Source: Macrostomum hystrix (Eukaryota; Animalia; Platyhelminthes). Taken from it: 64,000 nt of DNA. Numbering within the stretch: the stretch's first letter is position 1; the number at the start of each line of letters is the position of its first letter. The stretch covers positions 7,874,001-7,938,000 of the forward strand of contig CATNEN010000038.1 in NCBI GenBank assembly GCA_950097015.1. The letters run 5' to 3'. This document shows, piece after piece, positions 13,592 to 25,675 of the stretch. The position numbers and the translations under genes were made by a program. A model generated the notes under the pieces. The model saw nothing but the letters and a program-made list of their open reading frames with translations, made no database searches and was not told where the DNA came from.

Positions 13592-13895
13592 TCTTGAACA
13601 GACATACTGTTCACTCTGCGTGACTCTGAGCTTGGCGGGCTTCACTGTATGTTGCATTATGATTTGCTGGCTATGTACTTGTTATCGCTCTCAGTCCTGC
13701 TGTGCGCGTGCTATCGTTATATTGCTTATCTTATCTTGCATGTACATGGCTGGTTTTAGTCCAGGGGTTGGTGCTGCTCAACTCCAGTGTGTTATTGAGC
13801 CACAATATATTGACTATCGCATCGCTTTCGCCTGGCTTTTCTCAAGTGGTTTTCGTCACATCACAAACTCTAGCCTTGGCTTGTCTCGGTTAACA
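13592..13895. mobile_element. Candidate solo LTR
   Basis: 304-bp GC-richer island in AT-rich DNA, flanked by 5-bp direct repeat ttggg. Ends tcttgaac...gttaaca (TGTT...AACA with one mismatch); internal aatata. Confidence 0.35.
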
Positions 13896-14150
13896 TTGGG
13901 TATATATATAGATTGTTTCAGGAAATTCTTAATACAGGCAGTGCGAGAATTGTTCAGCCCATGTGGCCTCCTTTTATTTGCTTAATTACTCAAAGGATAC
14001 CGAATTCTGTACCATTGGGTGAGATGTGAAATCCAGTCTCTCACTTAGGCTAAAATCTCTATTGTAACCAAATGACAATGGCCACAGTGGCTCAAAATCC
14101 CTGACTCAAGCAGGAACTATCTCCCAGTTCCAGCTCTAGCCCAGCTCGAT

Positions 14151-17100
14151 ATGCCGTCCGACTCAGACACTGACGACAGGGAAGAAGACGAAGTCGAAGA
14201 GGAAGAAGACGACGATGAAATAGACTCCGAGGAGTTGGAGGAGCTGGAAGAGGACCAGCAGCCGCCGTCGAAGCGCTCTCGTCAGCAGGGCGCCTCTGGC
14301 AGCCAGAAGAAGTCCGCTGGCAGGGGTAAGGGCGGCGGCAGGAAGCAGTTCGATCCGCGCAGTTTCGTCCTTGAAGAAGCCGACGTAGACGACGATGAAG
14401 ATGATGACGAAGATGACGAAGGCGACGATCTGGGCCTGGTGGACGAGTCGCATGAGGCGGCCGAGACAGCCAAGGAGTTTGAAAAGAGACTGCGCTACAA
14501 CAACGAGCGCAGGGGCAGCGAGAAGGACCGCTTCGACCCGGAGGACGAGGAGGAGATTGAGAACTACTATCGAGATCGCTACTCGAGACCAGCTGCTGGC
14601 GTAGAACGATTCGGCGAGGGCGCCCACATGGCCGACGAGATTAGCCAGCAGGGCAACCTGCCCGGTGTCAAGGATCCCAACCTGTGGGTGGTGCGCTGTC
14701 AGGAGGGCGAGGAGAAGCAGGTAATGACTGATTCAGGTAGATTCGTGATGACAGATTCAGGTAGATTGTTGTTGATTGATGACCGATTCAGGTAGATTGG
14801 TGTTGATTGATGATCGATTCAGGTAGATTGGTGTTGATTGATGACAGATTCAGGTAGATTGGTGTTGATTGATGATCGATTCAGGTAGATTGGTGTTGAT
14901 TGATGACAGATTCAGGTAGATTGGTGTTGATTGATGACAGATTCAGGTAGATTGGTGCTGATTGATGACAGATTCAGGTAGATTCGTGATGACAGATTCA
15001 GGTAGATTGGTGTTGATTGATGACCGATTCAGGTAGATTGGTGCTGATTGATGACCGATTCAGGTAGATTGGTGTTGATTGATGATCGATTCAGGTAGAT
15101 TGGTGCTGATTGATGACCGATTCAGGTATAAGATAGTTATTACTTACAAAGACCCGACTTGACAGGTGCAGAGCAGTTTCTATCAAACAGAATCTGACAA
15201 AGACTAGCTGCAAATTGCAGGTGGTGCTGAGCCTCATGCGCAAGATGATCGCCTACCAGAACACGGACGAGCCGCTGCAGATCAAGTCTGTCATAGCCAA
15301 AGACAACCTGAAAGGCTACGTCTATATCGAGTCCTTCAAGCTCACCCACGTCAAGCAGGCCATCGAGGGCATTGGGGCGCTGGCCCGCGGCCGCTACAGC
15401 CAGCAGATGGTGCCAATCGGCGAGATGACAGACGTGCTGCGCGTTGTGAAGGACACCACCTCACTGCGGGCGGGACAGTGGGTGCGGCTGAAGACTGGCC
15501 TCTTTAAGGACGATCTGGCCAGGGTGTACGAGGTGCGCGAGTCCATGAACCAGGTGGACCTGGTGCTGCTGCCGCGCATTGACTACAGCAGGAAGAGGGG
15601 CGTGCTGCGCGGCCAGGACCGCGAGCCCGGCGGTGCTGGCGCCGGCGTCTCAGAGCAGCAGGGCTTCAATAAGCGGCGATTCAAGCGATATCCTCAGGTG
15701 CGAAGCTGCTGTTATTGTCGCTTATTTGTCTTTTTTTGGGTTCCCGGTGCGAATGTGCGAAATGTTCGCATTCGGAAAGATTCGGGTTGTTTTGGTAAGA
15801 TTCGTGTTTCTGTAAAGATTCACGCTTCCAGGTAAAATTCTGGTTTCTCTCGTAAAGCTTATGTTACCTGTAAGATTCGCGTTTCTAGTGTTATTCGGGT
15901 TGCCAAAAGATTCGGGTTTCCGGTAAGATTCGGGTTTCTAGTGTTATTCGGGTTGCCAAAAGATTCGGGTTTCCGGTAAGATTCGGGTTTCCGGTAAGAT
16001 TCGGTTTCCAATAAGATTCAGGTTTCCGGTAAGATTCGGGTTTCCAATAAGATTCGGGTTTCCAATAAGATTCGGGTTTCCAATAAGATTTGGGTTTCCA
16101 ATAAGATTTGGGTTTCCTGTAAGATTAATATCTTCTGAAATATTCAGGATTTTTTGTAGAATTTTGGTTTCTTGGATAGATGTAGGAAATTTTCGGTTTT
16201 CCGGGAATCTAAATCCTGAAATTTCGGGCTTCCCGCAGGCCCTGTTCGATCGCACCCGAATCCACGAGCTCGGCGGCGAGACCAGTCGAGAAGGCGACTA
16301 CACCATATTCGAGGGCAACTACTACGACATGAAGGGCTTTCTGCGCAAGACCTTCAAGATGAACGCCATCATCAGCGAGGGCGTCAAGCCGACTCTCAGC
16401 GAGCTGGAGAAGTTCCAGGCTACGCCCGACACATCAGTCGGACTCGAACTCCTGACTGTCGGCGACGGCGGCAGCGGTCGGGCCGACTCGTCGCAAGCCT
16501 TCGCTCCAGGAGACGTGGTCGAAGTCTGCGAAGGCGAGCTCAAGGACCTGCAGGGTCGAGTTATTCGCATTGAAGGCGACGAGGTCACCATCCTGCCCAA
16601 CCATGATGACCTGAAGGACCCTCTGCCATTTCCGTCTAGCGAGCTTCGCAAGCACTTCAACCCCGGAAATCACGTCAAGGTTGGCCGCTTTCTATTGTTC
16701 TTTATTGCTGCTTCTAGAAGTCTAGTGATTTGACTCCATGAAGTCCAACTTATCTACTAGATAATATCTAGTCTCACGACTAGCTCAGCTCATCCAGTCC
16801 CAATCCAATCTCAATTCCAGCTCACCCAGTCTCAATCCCAGCTCCTCTAGTCTCAATCCCAGCTCATCTAGTCTCAATCCCAGATTATCTAGTCTCAATC
16901 CCAGATTATCTAGTCTCAATCCCAGCTCATCTAGTCTCAATCCCAGTTCATCTAGTCTCAATCCCAGCTCATCTAGTCTCAATCCCAGTTCCTTTTGTCT
17001 CAATCCCAGCTTATCTAGTCTCAATCCCAGATCCTTTTGTCTCAATCCCAGCTCATCTAGTCTCAATCCCAGCTCATCTTGTCTCAATCCCAGCTCATCT

Positions 17101-20100
17101 AGTCTCAATCCCATATCATCTAGTCTCAATTCCAGATTATCTAGTCTCAATCCCAGATCCTTTTGTCTCAATCCCAGCTTATCTAGTCTCAATCCCAGAT
17201 CCTTTTGTCTCAATCCCAGCTCATCTAGTCTCAATCCCAGCTCATCTTGTCTCAATCCCAGCTCATCTAGTCTCAATCCCATATCATCTAGTCTCAATCC
17301 CAGATTATCTAGTCTCAATCCCAGCTTATCTAGTCTCAATCCCAGATCCTTTTGTCTCAATCCCAGCTCATCTAGTCTCAATCCCAGCTCATCTTGTCTC
17401 AATCCCAGCTCATCTTGTCTCAATCCCAGCTCATCTAGTCTCAATCCCATATCATCTAGTCTCAATCCCAGATTATCTAGTCTCAATCCCAGATCCTTTT
17501 GTCTCAATCCCAGCTTATCTAGTCTCAATCCCAGATCCTTTTGTCTCAATCCCAGCTCATATAGTCTCAATCCCAGCTCATCTAGTCTCAATCCCAGCTC
17601 ATCTAGTCTCAATCCCATATCATCTAGTCTCAATCCCAGATTATCTAGTCTCAATCCCAGCTTATCTAGTCTCAATCCCAGATCCTTTTGTCTCAATCCC
17701 AGCTCATCTAGTCTCAATCCCAGCTCATCTAGTCTCAATCCCAGCTCATCTAGTCTCAATCCCAGCTCATCTAGTCTCAATCCCATATCATCTAGTCTCA
17801 ATCCCAGATTATCTAGTCTCAAACCCATATTATCTAGTCTCAATCCCAGATCCTGTCTCAATGCCATCTCATCATTCACTCGCAGGCCATCGGCGGCCGC
17901 TTTGAAGGCGACACCGGCCTAGTTATTCGCGTTGACAACAGCGTCGCCATTGTACTGTCCGACCTGACCTTCAACGAGTTCAAAGTGGCCGTCAAAGATT
18001 TGCAGCTGTGCGCCGAGACCTCGACCGGAGTTGACCAGGCCGGCCACTACCAGATTGGCGACCTGGTGCAGATCGATCCCCAGACCGTTGGCGTCATCAT
18101 TCGACTTGAGAAGGAGCACTTCTCTCTGCTCACCATGCACGACAAGGTCATCCGGGTGAAGCAGAACGCCTTGCTACGCCGGCGTGACAATCGTCACGCC
18201 CAGGCGTTAGACGCTGATGGACACCCGATCCAGCCCAAGGAGGTCGTCAAGATCGCTGAAGGACCGCACAGTGGCTACCAGGTGAGATCAGGCGCGTTTC
18301 TATGTTTTATATCTATTATGAAGTCAAGATTAATGACTGCTCAGGTGAGACTGCTCAGGTGAGACTGCTCATATGAGACTGCTCATTGAGACTCCTCATG
18401 TGAGACTGCTCATGTGAGACTGCTCAGGTGAGGCTGATCAGGTGAGACTGATGACGTGAGACTGATGACGTGAGACTGATGACGTGAGACTGATGACGTG
18501 AGACTGATCACGTGAGACTGATTACGTGAGACTGCTCGGGGAATGAAGCGTGTTCGATTACCCACAAGCCTAAACCCGTCGAACCCCAGGGCGAGGTGCG
18601 GCACATCTTCCGCTCCTGGGCCTTTGTCTACTGCCGCACCCACTCGGAGAACGGCGGCATAGTTGTGGCCCGGACTCGCCACCTTCAACGCGCCGGCGGC
18701 GGCACTTCTACTCGCGTCGGCGGAGGCGGCGGTGGCGGCGGCGGACCGCCAAAGTCGCTGACGCAGCCCTTCGCCAGCCCAATGCACCCGATGAGCGGCG
18801 GCGGCTCGGCTCCCCCGGACGCCGGCGGCCGCGGCCGTGGAGGCGGCTTCCGTTCGGGCTCCGCGGCCGCAGCTGCCGCTGCCGCAGCCGCGGCGGACCG
18901 CAACCTGATTGGCCAGACGGTGCGGGTGACGCAGGGCCAGTTCAAGAACCACATCGGCATCGTGAAGGATGTCATCGACAATACTGTCAGGCTGGAGCTG
19001 CACTCGCAGTACAAGATGATCAGCGTCGATCGTTCGCGCATCACTCCGGTTGACGGGCAGCGAATGGCCAGGCCCACGGCGAGCACCTACGGCCGTACAC
19101 CGTTGCACGGCGCCCAGACGCCTGGCTACGGCGTCAGCGGCTCTGGCCGGACCCCAATGTACGGTGCGGGCGGCCAGACACCCATTCACGACGGCTCGCG
19201 CACTCCACACTACGGCAACATGACGCCCAGGGCCGAGGGCAGCGCCACGCCGGGCCACCCGGGTTCCGCCTGGGACCCGACCTCTGGAGCAACACCGCGG
19301 CACCGCTATCCTGACAACTTCGAGTACGACTACGAGATGGAGAGTCCGTCGGTAAGTTATGGCGTCTCAAGGTCGACTCCCTTTCCTGATTTTTTATGGT
19401 TGTTATCCCATGGCTGTTATCCCATTCCTAATGTCCGTCATAGCATCAACTGGTATCCCATTCCCGATGTCCGTCATAGCATCAACTGGTATCCCATTCC
19501 CGATGTCCGTCATAGCATCAACTGTTATCCCATTCCCAATGTCCGTCATAGCATCGACTGTTATCCCATTCCCAATGTCCGTCATAGCATCGACTGTTAT
19601 CCAATTCCCAATGTCCGTCATAGCATCGACTGTTATCCCATTCCCAAGTCCGTCATAGCATCGACTGTTATCCCATTCCCAATGTCCGTCATAGCATCGA
19701 CTGTTATCCCATTCCCAATGTCCGTCATAGCATCGACTGTTATCCCATTCCCAATGTCCGTCATAGCATCGACTGTTATCCCATTCCCAATGTCCGTCAT
19801 AGCATCGACTGTTATCCCATTCCAACTATTCCACTGCCTGGCCATTGCGCAGGTGTCCACGGGGGCGCCACTGACTCCGACTGCCCGCGGCATCACAGAA
19901 GCCTCGCCAATGTCCGGCTCAGACTTCAGCCCGTCGCCCGGCTTCAGCCCGCTGACTCCTGGCGGCCTGCCCTACACACCCAACACCCCGGGTGGAGCCC
20001 TGCTGCACCAGTCCGGCTCAGGCGCATCCGACGGCGTCGAATGGGTCACGCCAGACATTGTGGTGACCATCCGGCCCAGCTGTGAGGACGAGTCGTTACG

Positions 20101-20383
20101 CAATCTGGAGGGCCACATCCGCGGTGTGTCGGCCCACCAGGCCAGCGTCTACCTGCCCGCCGAGAGGCGCGTAGTCACCGTCAACCCGCAGCACCTGGCG
20201 CCACGGGTGCCCGAGTCTGGAGACCGAGTCAAAGTCATCGCCGGCGAGGACAGACACCAGACCGGCCAGTGCCTCAGCGTGGACACCAACGAGGGTGTGG
20301 TGAAGATCACCGAGGGCCCGCTGAAGCTGCTGAACCTGAGCCTGCTGGCCAAGATGGTGGACCCGGCCGACGTGCCCAGCTGA
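14151..20383 (+). CDS. SUPT5H: Transcription elongation factor SPT5 (about 1058 aa)
   Basis: Exons 14151-14720, 15221-15697, 16239-16679, 17886-18281, 18590-19351, 19853-20383, all phase 0. Acidic N-terminus, NGN domain (LPGVKDPNLWVVRC, KGYVYIES), several KOW motifs (VKPTLSELEKF, GDLVQID), CTR repeats (GRTPLHG, GRTPMYG, GSRTPHYG), C-terminal KOW. Confidence 0.96.
14718..15128. repeat. 31-bp minisatellite (caggtagattggtgttgattgatgacagatt)n
   Basis: About 13 copies starting at the SPT5 intron 1 donor. Confidence 0.95.
15770..16130. repeat. 18-bp minisatellite (aagattcgggtttccrrt)n
   Basis: SPT5 intron 2; degenerate edges. Confidence 0.92.
16765..17862. repeat. 21-bp minisatellite (ctagtctcaatcccagctcat)n
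   Basis: About 50 copies, SPT5 intron 3. Confidence 0.97.
18335..18537. repeat. 14-bp minisatellite (gtgagactgctcag / gtgagactgatgac)n
   Basis: SPT5 intron 4. Confidence 0.92.
19400..19825. repeat. 36-bp minisatellite (tgttatcccattcccaatgtccgtcatagcatcgac)n
   Basis: About 11 copies, SPT5 intron 5. Confidence 0.96.
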
Positions 20384-20608
20384 ATAATGCGCCAAGCTGT
20401 TTTAAAACTGCGTTTTTTATGTCCGCCGCCGCAACAGTTCTGCTGTAGATTGAGTACATTCTAGTGAGTTAGACATTTGCCGATATGGACTAGTAATGCA
20501 AGACTGTACTTGGGACTTCTAAACCTAGAATTGATCTACTTATTAAATATCGTTCGGTACCTGCTAATCCCTAGACTAAATGTACTTTTCCGCCACGAAC
20601 TTCTAAAC

Positions 20609-21208
20609 CAGGGGTCGACAAACTTTTTGGCGAGCGGGCCACGGAGAAACGATGAGACAGATAAGATGAGACACGGGATAGACGAGACAGGTGAGGGATG
20701 AGACAGAGATGAGACGGGAGAGGGACGGAGACACCTGAGAGATGAGACAGTGGAGAGATGAGACAGGGGAGAGATGAGACAGGAGAGAGATGAGACAGGG
20801 GAGAGATGAGACAGGGGAGAGATGGGACAGGGGGAGATGAGACAGTGGAGAGATGAGACAGGGGAGAGATGGGACAGTGGAGAGATGAGACAGGGGAGAG
20901 ATGAGACAGGGGAGAGATGAGACAGGGGAGAGATGGGACAGGGGAGAGATGAGACAGGAGAGAGATGAGACAGGAGAGAGATGAGACAGGAGAGAGATAA
21001 GACAGGGGAGAGATAAGACATGAGAAGAGATGAGACAGGGGAGAGATGAGACATGAGAAGAGATAAGACAGGAGAGAGATAAGACATGAGAAGAGATGAG
21101 ACAGGGGAGAGATGAGTCATAGGAGAGATGAGACAGGATACTATAGGTTTTGGAAGGGGCAAGGGGCCGGATTTGGGAGCTTCGCGGGCCGGAGTTTGCC
21201 GACCCCTG
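20609..21208. mobile_element. Non-autonomous hAT (Charlie-type) element carrying an internal GA-rich 18-bp minisatellite
   Basis: TIRs caggggtcgacaaact / agtttgccgacccctg; perfect 8-bp TSD ttctaaac (20601-08, 21209-16). Confidence 0.9.
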
Positions 21209-21956
21209 TTCTAAACCTAGAGTTGACCTACTCACTATGTAGTTTGGTACCTCTAATTGCCTAGACTGAATCTACTTAATCAGTCAGGGACTACTAAATC
21301 TAGAATCTTATTTCATGTAAACTAGTTTGATAAGTTATATATGTACTTTATTAGCCATTGACTTCTAAACTTAGACTAAATCTAATCAAATCAGTCTATT
21401 ACTTCGAGGCATTGTTGGCGCACAGTTCATTGTTAGTAGTATGAAGTGGTTCGATTTTATTGGCAAATGTTGGTGGGTCCTGTGTGGTTATACGTGTTTC
21501 TGATGTTTTTAAATTTAATAGACTATGTGGAGATAATTCCCGTCATATCCGTGTTTGCATAGCCTCGTTGCTTATCTCATGCTTCAGTAGCCCTGGTTTG
21601 TGTACCGGCTGACACGATCCACTATTGTTTTTTTATATATTTTGCATGAATTGTAGCACTGCCTGATAGAATCGCAGTCATAACTAACTACTCTCTTTTC
21701 CTGTTCAGTTCAAGTTTAATTTATTTCAAATTCGCGTTTTCACTACTGGCGAGTAGCTATGTTATTAAATGTACGATTTGATGCGATTGCATAATTGGTG
21801 AAGTTGATGGGAAATTCCTAATACAACTATGGGGATAAAATAAATGAGCGTATTGAGCAACTCAGTTGGTGTGTCATTCGCACCGATTGTCTATCGTGCT
21901 GTTTGTTGTATAATCCTGTACCAACTTGTCTATTACCGATTTTTATTTTTTACCGA

Positions 21957-22472
21957 GTTTAATAGAAGTGCTCAACCAGTTTAATAGGAGTGCTCAACCA
22001 GTTTAATAGGAGTGCTCAATCTGTTTAATAGGAGTGCTCAACCTGTTTAAAGTGCTCAACCAGTTTAATAGGAGTGCTCAACCTGTTCAAAGTGCTCAAC
22101 CAGTTTAATAGGAGGGCTCAACCTGTTTAATAGGAGTGCTCAGCCTGTTTAATAGGAGGGCTCAGCCTGTTTAATAGGAGGGCTCAACCTGTTTAATAGG
22201 AGTGCTCAGCCTGTTTAATAGGAGGGCTCAACCTGTTTAATAGGAGTGCTCAGCCTGTTTAATAGGAGTGCTCAGCCTGTTTAATAGGAGTGCTCAACCA
22301 GTTTAATAGGAGTGCTCAGCCTGTTTAATAGGAGTGCTCAACATGTTTAATAGGAGTGCTCAACCAGTTTAATAGGAGTGCTCAGCCTGTTTAATAGGAG
22401 TGCTCAACCAGTTTAATATAAAGGAGTGCTCAACCAGTTTAATAAGAGTGCTCAACATGTTTAATAGGAGTG
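21957..22472. repeat. 22-bp minisatellite (gtttaataggagtgctcaacct)n
   Basis: About 23 copies between the convergent SPT5 and LicD-like 3' ends. Confidence 0.96.
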
Positions 22473-22595
22473 ATTTATAGGCAGACATTGGCCTGTCGCG
22501 TATTTTAAGGAAAGTCAAGTGGAATCAAATGCGCCAGTTGATGTGACCGAGTGGAATCTTTCAGCTGCATCAGCGATAGTCTTAGTCCGCAGTTT

Positions 22596-24115
22596 TCACA
22601 GCCGGTCAGCTCCGGCAATGTAAGCCGCCGCGTGGATGGTCGCTGACGAAGCCAGGAGCTGCAGCTGGCCGCCCGCCAGCTGAATGGTTTCGGAGAATTG
22701 GAATCGAGCTGTCAGGCTTTGGCAGGGGGTCACTGGCCGGCTGCAGGTGGCAAACGGTAGGTCGTGCAGGTAGTACACGCAGTCGGACAGGCTGGTGTTG
22801 GCAAAGTAGCCGCTAATCATGCTGCCTATTGAGTTGGGCGTGCCGTACCATCGGTTGTGAAATGGTCGCCTAACCGTAGGAAAAATATCCCCAATTGGGA
22901 AGCTGAACGGCGGCTCCCTGATTAGCACCTGGTCGGAGGTGTGATTCAGCCGGTAGAAGAAAATGTCTATGGCCACGGGCCTAATAAGGAAGAGAAAGTT
23001 GAAGCTTTTGGCGTTAGCAGTAGAACATAAAATTGCTCTATCACTTCAAAGCGTGTGGGTGTCAGGTGAGGCAGTGTGTGGGTGTCAGGTGATCTGGTGT
23101 GTAGGTGTCAGGTCATCTGGTGTGTGGGTGTCAGGTGAGGCAGTGTGTGGGTGTCAGGTGAGACAGTGTGTGGGTGTCAGGTGAGGCAGTGTGTGGGTGT
23201 CAGGTGAGACAGTGTGTGGGTGTCAGGTGAGGCAGTGTGTGGGTGTCAGGTGAGGCAGTGTGTGGGTGTCAGGTGAGGCAGTGTGTGGGTGTCAGGTGAG
23301 GCAGTGTGTGGGTGTCAGGTGAGACAGTGTGTGGGTGTCAGGTGAGGCAGTGTGTGGGTGTCAGGTGAGGCAGTGTGTGGGTGTCAGGTGAGGCAGTGTG
23401 TGGGTGTCAGGTGAGGCAGTGTGTGGTTGTCAGGTGAGGCAGTGTGTGGGTGTCAGGTGAGGCAGTGTGGGGTGTCAGTCAAGTCTCACCTGTCTAGCAC
23501 CGGGTCCAGGGTGTCCCGCAGGTGCACCTTCCAGTGCTGGTTGATCCACTCGGTGTCGTGGAAGAGCAGCTCAGGCCAGCGGTACCTCAGCTGGCTGAGA
23601 ACGGCCTTGGCGGCCTCCTTCTGGTCCTCCCGGATCCTCAAATCAATGTCCTCATCGTAGGGTATCATTTCGAAGTGCCGCAGGGCACCCAGCGCGGTGC
23701 CCATGTCCAGGTAGAGCTCAACTCCCGCCAGCTCCAGCTGCTCGGCCACCCTGGCCAGGTGCCGCATCGCTCGGATTCTGGCCTGCCGCGGCAGCTTCTC
23801 AACGAAGCACTGCTCGCCGACTGGCAACTCGGACGAGGCCGATTCAGCGACGACTGCAGGCAGCTGCGACCTGCAAGCCAGGGTCAGGGCCGACCAGTCA
23901 ACAGCCGCTGAGCGCCGAGTCAGGAATGAGTCCTTCGGGTTCCCTGACCAGCCTGCCGCCTGCAGGGCTCTCAAGGCTACTGCAACACAACCCTGCCTAC
24001 CGCTGCCGCCGCCGCTGCTGCTGCCTAGCCTGAGCAGCCACATGCTGGGAATGCCGATGCTGAAGGTGACAATCAGCAGCAGCTGAGGCAGTTGTTGACT
24101 TCGAATTCTGGGCAT
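22596..24115 (-). CDS. LicD/fukutin/FKRP-family nucleotidyltransferase-fold protein with N-terminal signal anchor (about 336 aa)
   Basis: Exons 24115-23490 and 22980-22596 (phase 2, AG|gtgaga ... ttattag|G). LicD motif YLDMGTALGALRHFEMIPYDEDIDL, then IDIFFY; hydrophobic N-terminal segment. Confidence 0.85.
23053..23478. repeat. 23-bp minisatellite (gtgtgtgggtgtcaggtgaggca)n
   Basis: About 18 copies in the LicD-like intron. Confidence 0.96.
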
Positions 24116-24989
24116 TCTTGATAGTCAGCCATCACTTCGGCTGTCCCCATGGAAATTATCCCCGCTTTATAGTATCCCCCACCCACCCCACCAGCGGGAG
24201 CCTCTTTAACCAGCCGATGGTGGGATCGACCGGGTTGCGCCTTGGAGTTTGTTTACGATGGCTGCCTTAGCGCAATAAAAGCAAAAGTATTTCATCTCCC
24301 CCCTGTTAGCCTCCAGCAATGTATTAGATAAAGATTGATTTACCTCAGTGACTGTGGCATATCAAGATAAAGTGGACTTCATATCTCTCTGTGTGCGCGC
24401 GCCACGATTTACAATCCCCTCCCTTCGAGACTCCGCGGGAGAGGCCTAAACTTTGTTTATCTCAATTCCTGCGAGAAGCAGAAATTGGTGTCGGCCATTG
24501 CCAGCGCTTTGTGTGTGTGTGTGGGGGGGGGAGGGTAGCCCCTTAGCTGGGAATCGGGAAGTGATTTCTGTCCCTGACTCTCCGGTCACTGGGCTGCAGT
24601 GCCGCAGCTGCGTGAGTGGCAGCCAACCAGCCTCCCATTCCCAGATAAGGAGCCCCAGATAGCTCGGTCACGAAGGGATGACATTATTTTCGTGAGGCCC
24701 AAATACAATAATAAAAATGATGATGATGATGATGCTGACTGCACTACGCAATGCAGCTTTTCAACGCGGACAGGATGAAGAGGCGAATGCCCGATCGAGG
24801 CGGATGTGCTCCGGGTTCCGTCAGGGATAACATCTCCAATTAACATAAGGGAGGAACTGTGCTCAAGGTGATATTGCTTCGAGTTTATAATGGACTCAAG
24901 TCACGAGAATTCTGACAGTATCTCATGATCGGCATCCTGTACTAGAGTGCTCCAATAACTATTTCGCCTCGCAGCACCGGCTAAAAGTC

Positions 24990-25345
24990 CAAATTTGCAG
25001 TAGTCTAAAGCCTTTGCCCCAAGCACCAATGTCCCTAAGCTCGATTCCGCGGCGAGGCAACATTCACTTATTTCGCGGAGAGAGGGCTTGGGGCCTGTCG
25101 TGCAATTGACGCCCTTGAGGGCCAAACTCCAAGGCGCAGTGGCAGTGCACACTGCCTGGCGACGAGAAAGTCAGGGCAGATGTACACACCTGTGTGAGTG
25201 TGTGCCTGCGTACGGTATCTGTGTGCGTGTGAGTTCAGGAGTCAGCAAAATGGGCAGAATTGCCTCCTCGCTGGCTTCGGGTCCTCTGTCACAAAATAAT
25301 GTGCCACTGCCCATTGCCTCCTGCAAATTACTAATTATTACTCGT
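24990..25345 (+). mobile_element. Dispersed SINE-like repeat, copy 2 (longest; possible degenerate tRNA head)
   Basis: Same core at 25146-25262, same ctcctgca plus atta-rich tail; B-box-like gctcgattcc near 25039. The 5' boundary is approximate. Confidence 0.6.
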
Positions 25346-25675
25346 ATAGTATTATTAGTTCATAGATTGTCTCCAGGTGATTAGTGTACGGTTATTAGGC
25401 GACCCTACCGTTGAAAAGTGCCGTCAACGCGCTTGGCGGCTAAGACGCTGGGTGGAAAATGATGCGGGGAAATACTGCAGTATAGGAATTATGACAGCCC
25501 GTGCGTGGGCTGCTGAGCTGCTATTGGCTGCTAGCCTGACAGCCAGTACTCTCCCCCTCGCTCTGAGTCTAATAAAGATCAGCTCAGCTATGCTCAACTG
25601 TCGGCAAGGACTCGCGTTGACAAGCAGGGGAACTCGCTGTGACTGAATGCCACCAGATCCCAGCCAGAGTTGAAG

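Noticed and set aside
13587-13985. 132-aa hydrophobic ORF upstream of SPT5
   Set aside because: TTG start, no recognisable domain, overlaps the candidate solo LTR.
16785-17879. 364-aa heptad ORF (LGLRLDE)n on the minus strand, coiled-coil-like
   Set aside because: Antisense reading of the 21-bp array in SPT5 intron 3, with variation typical of a VNTR; no independent gene signals.
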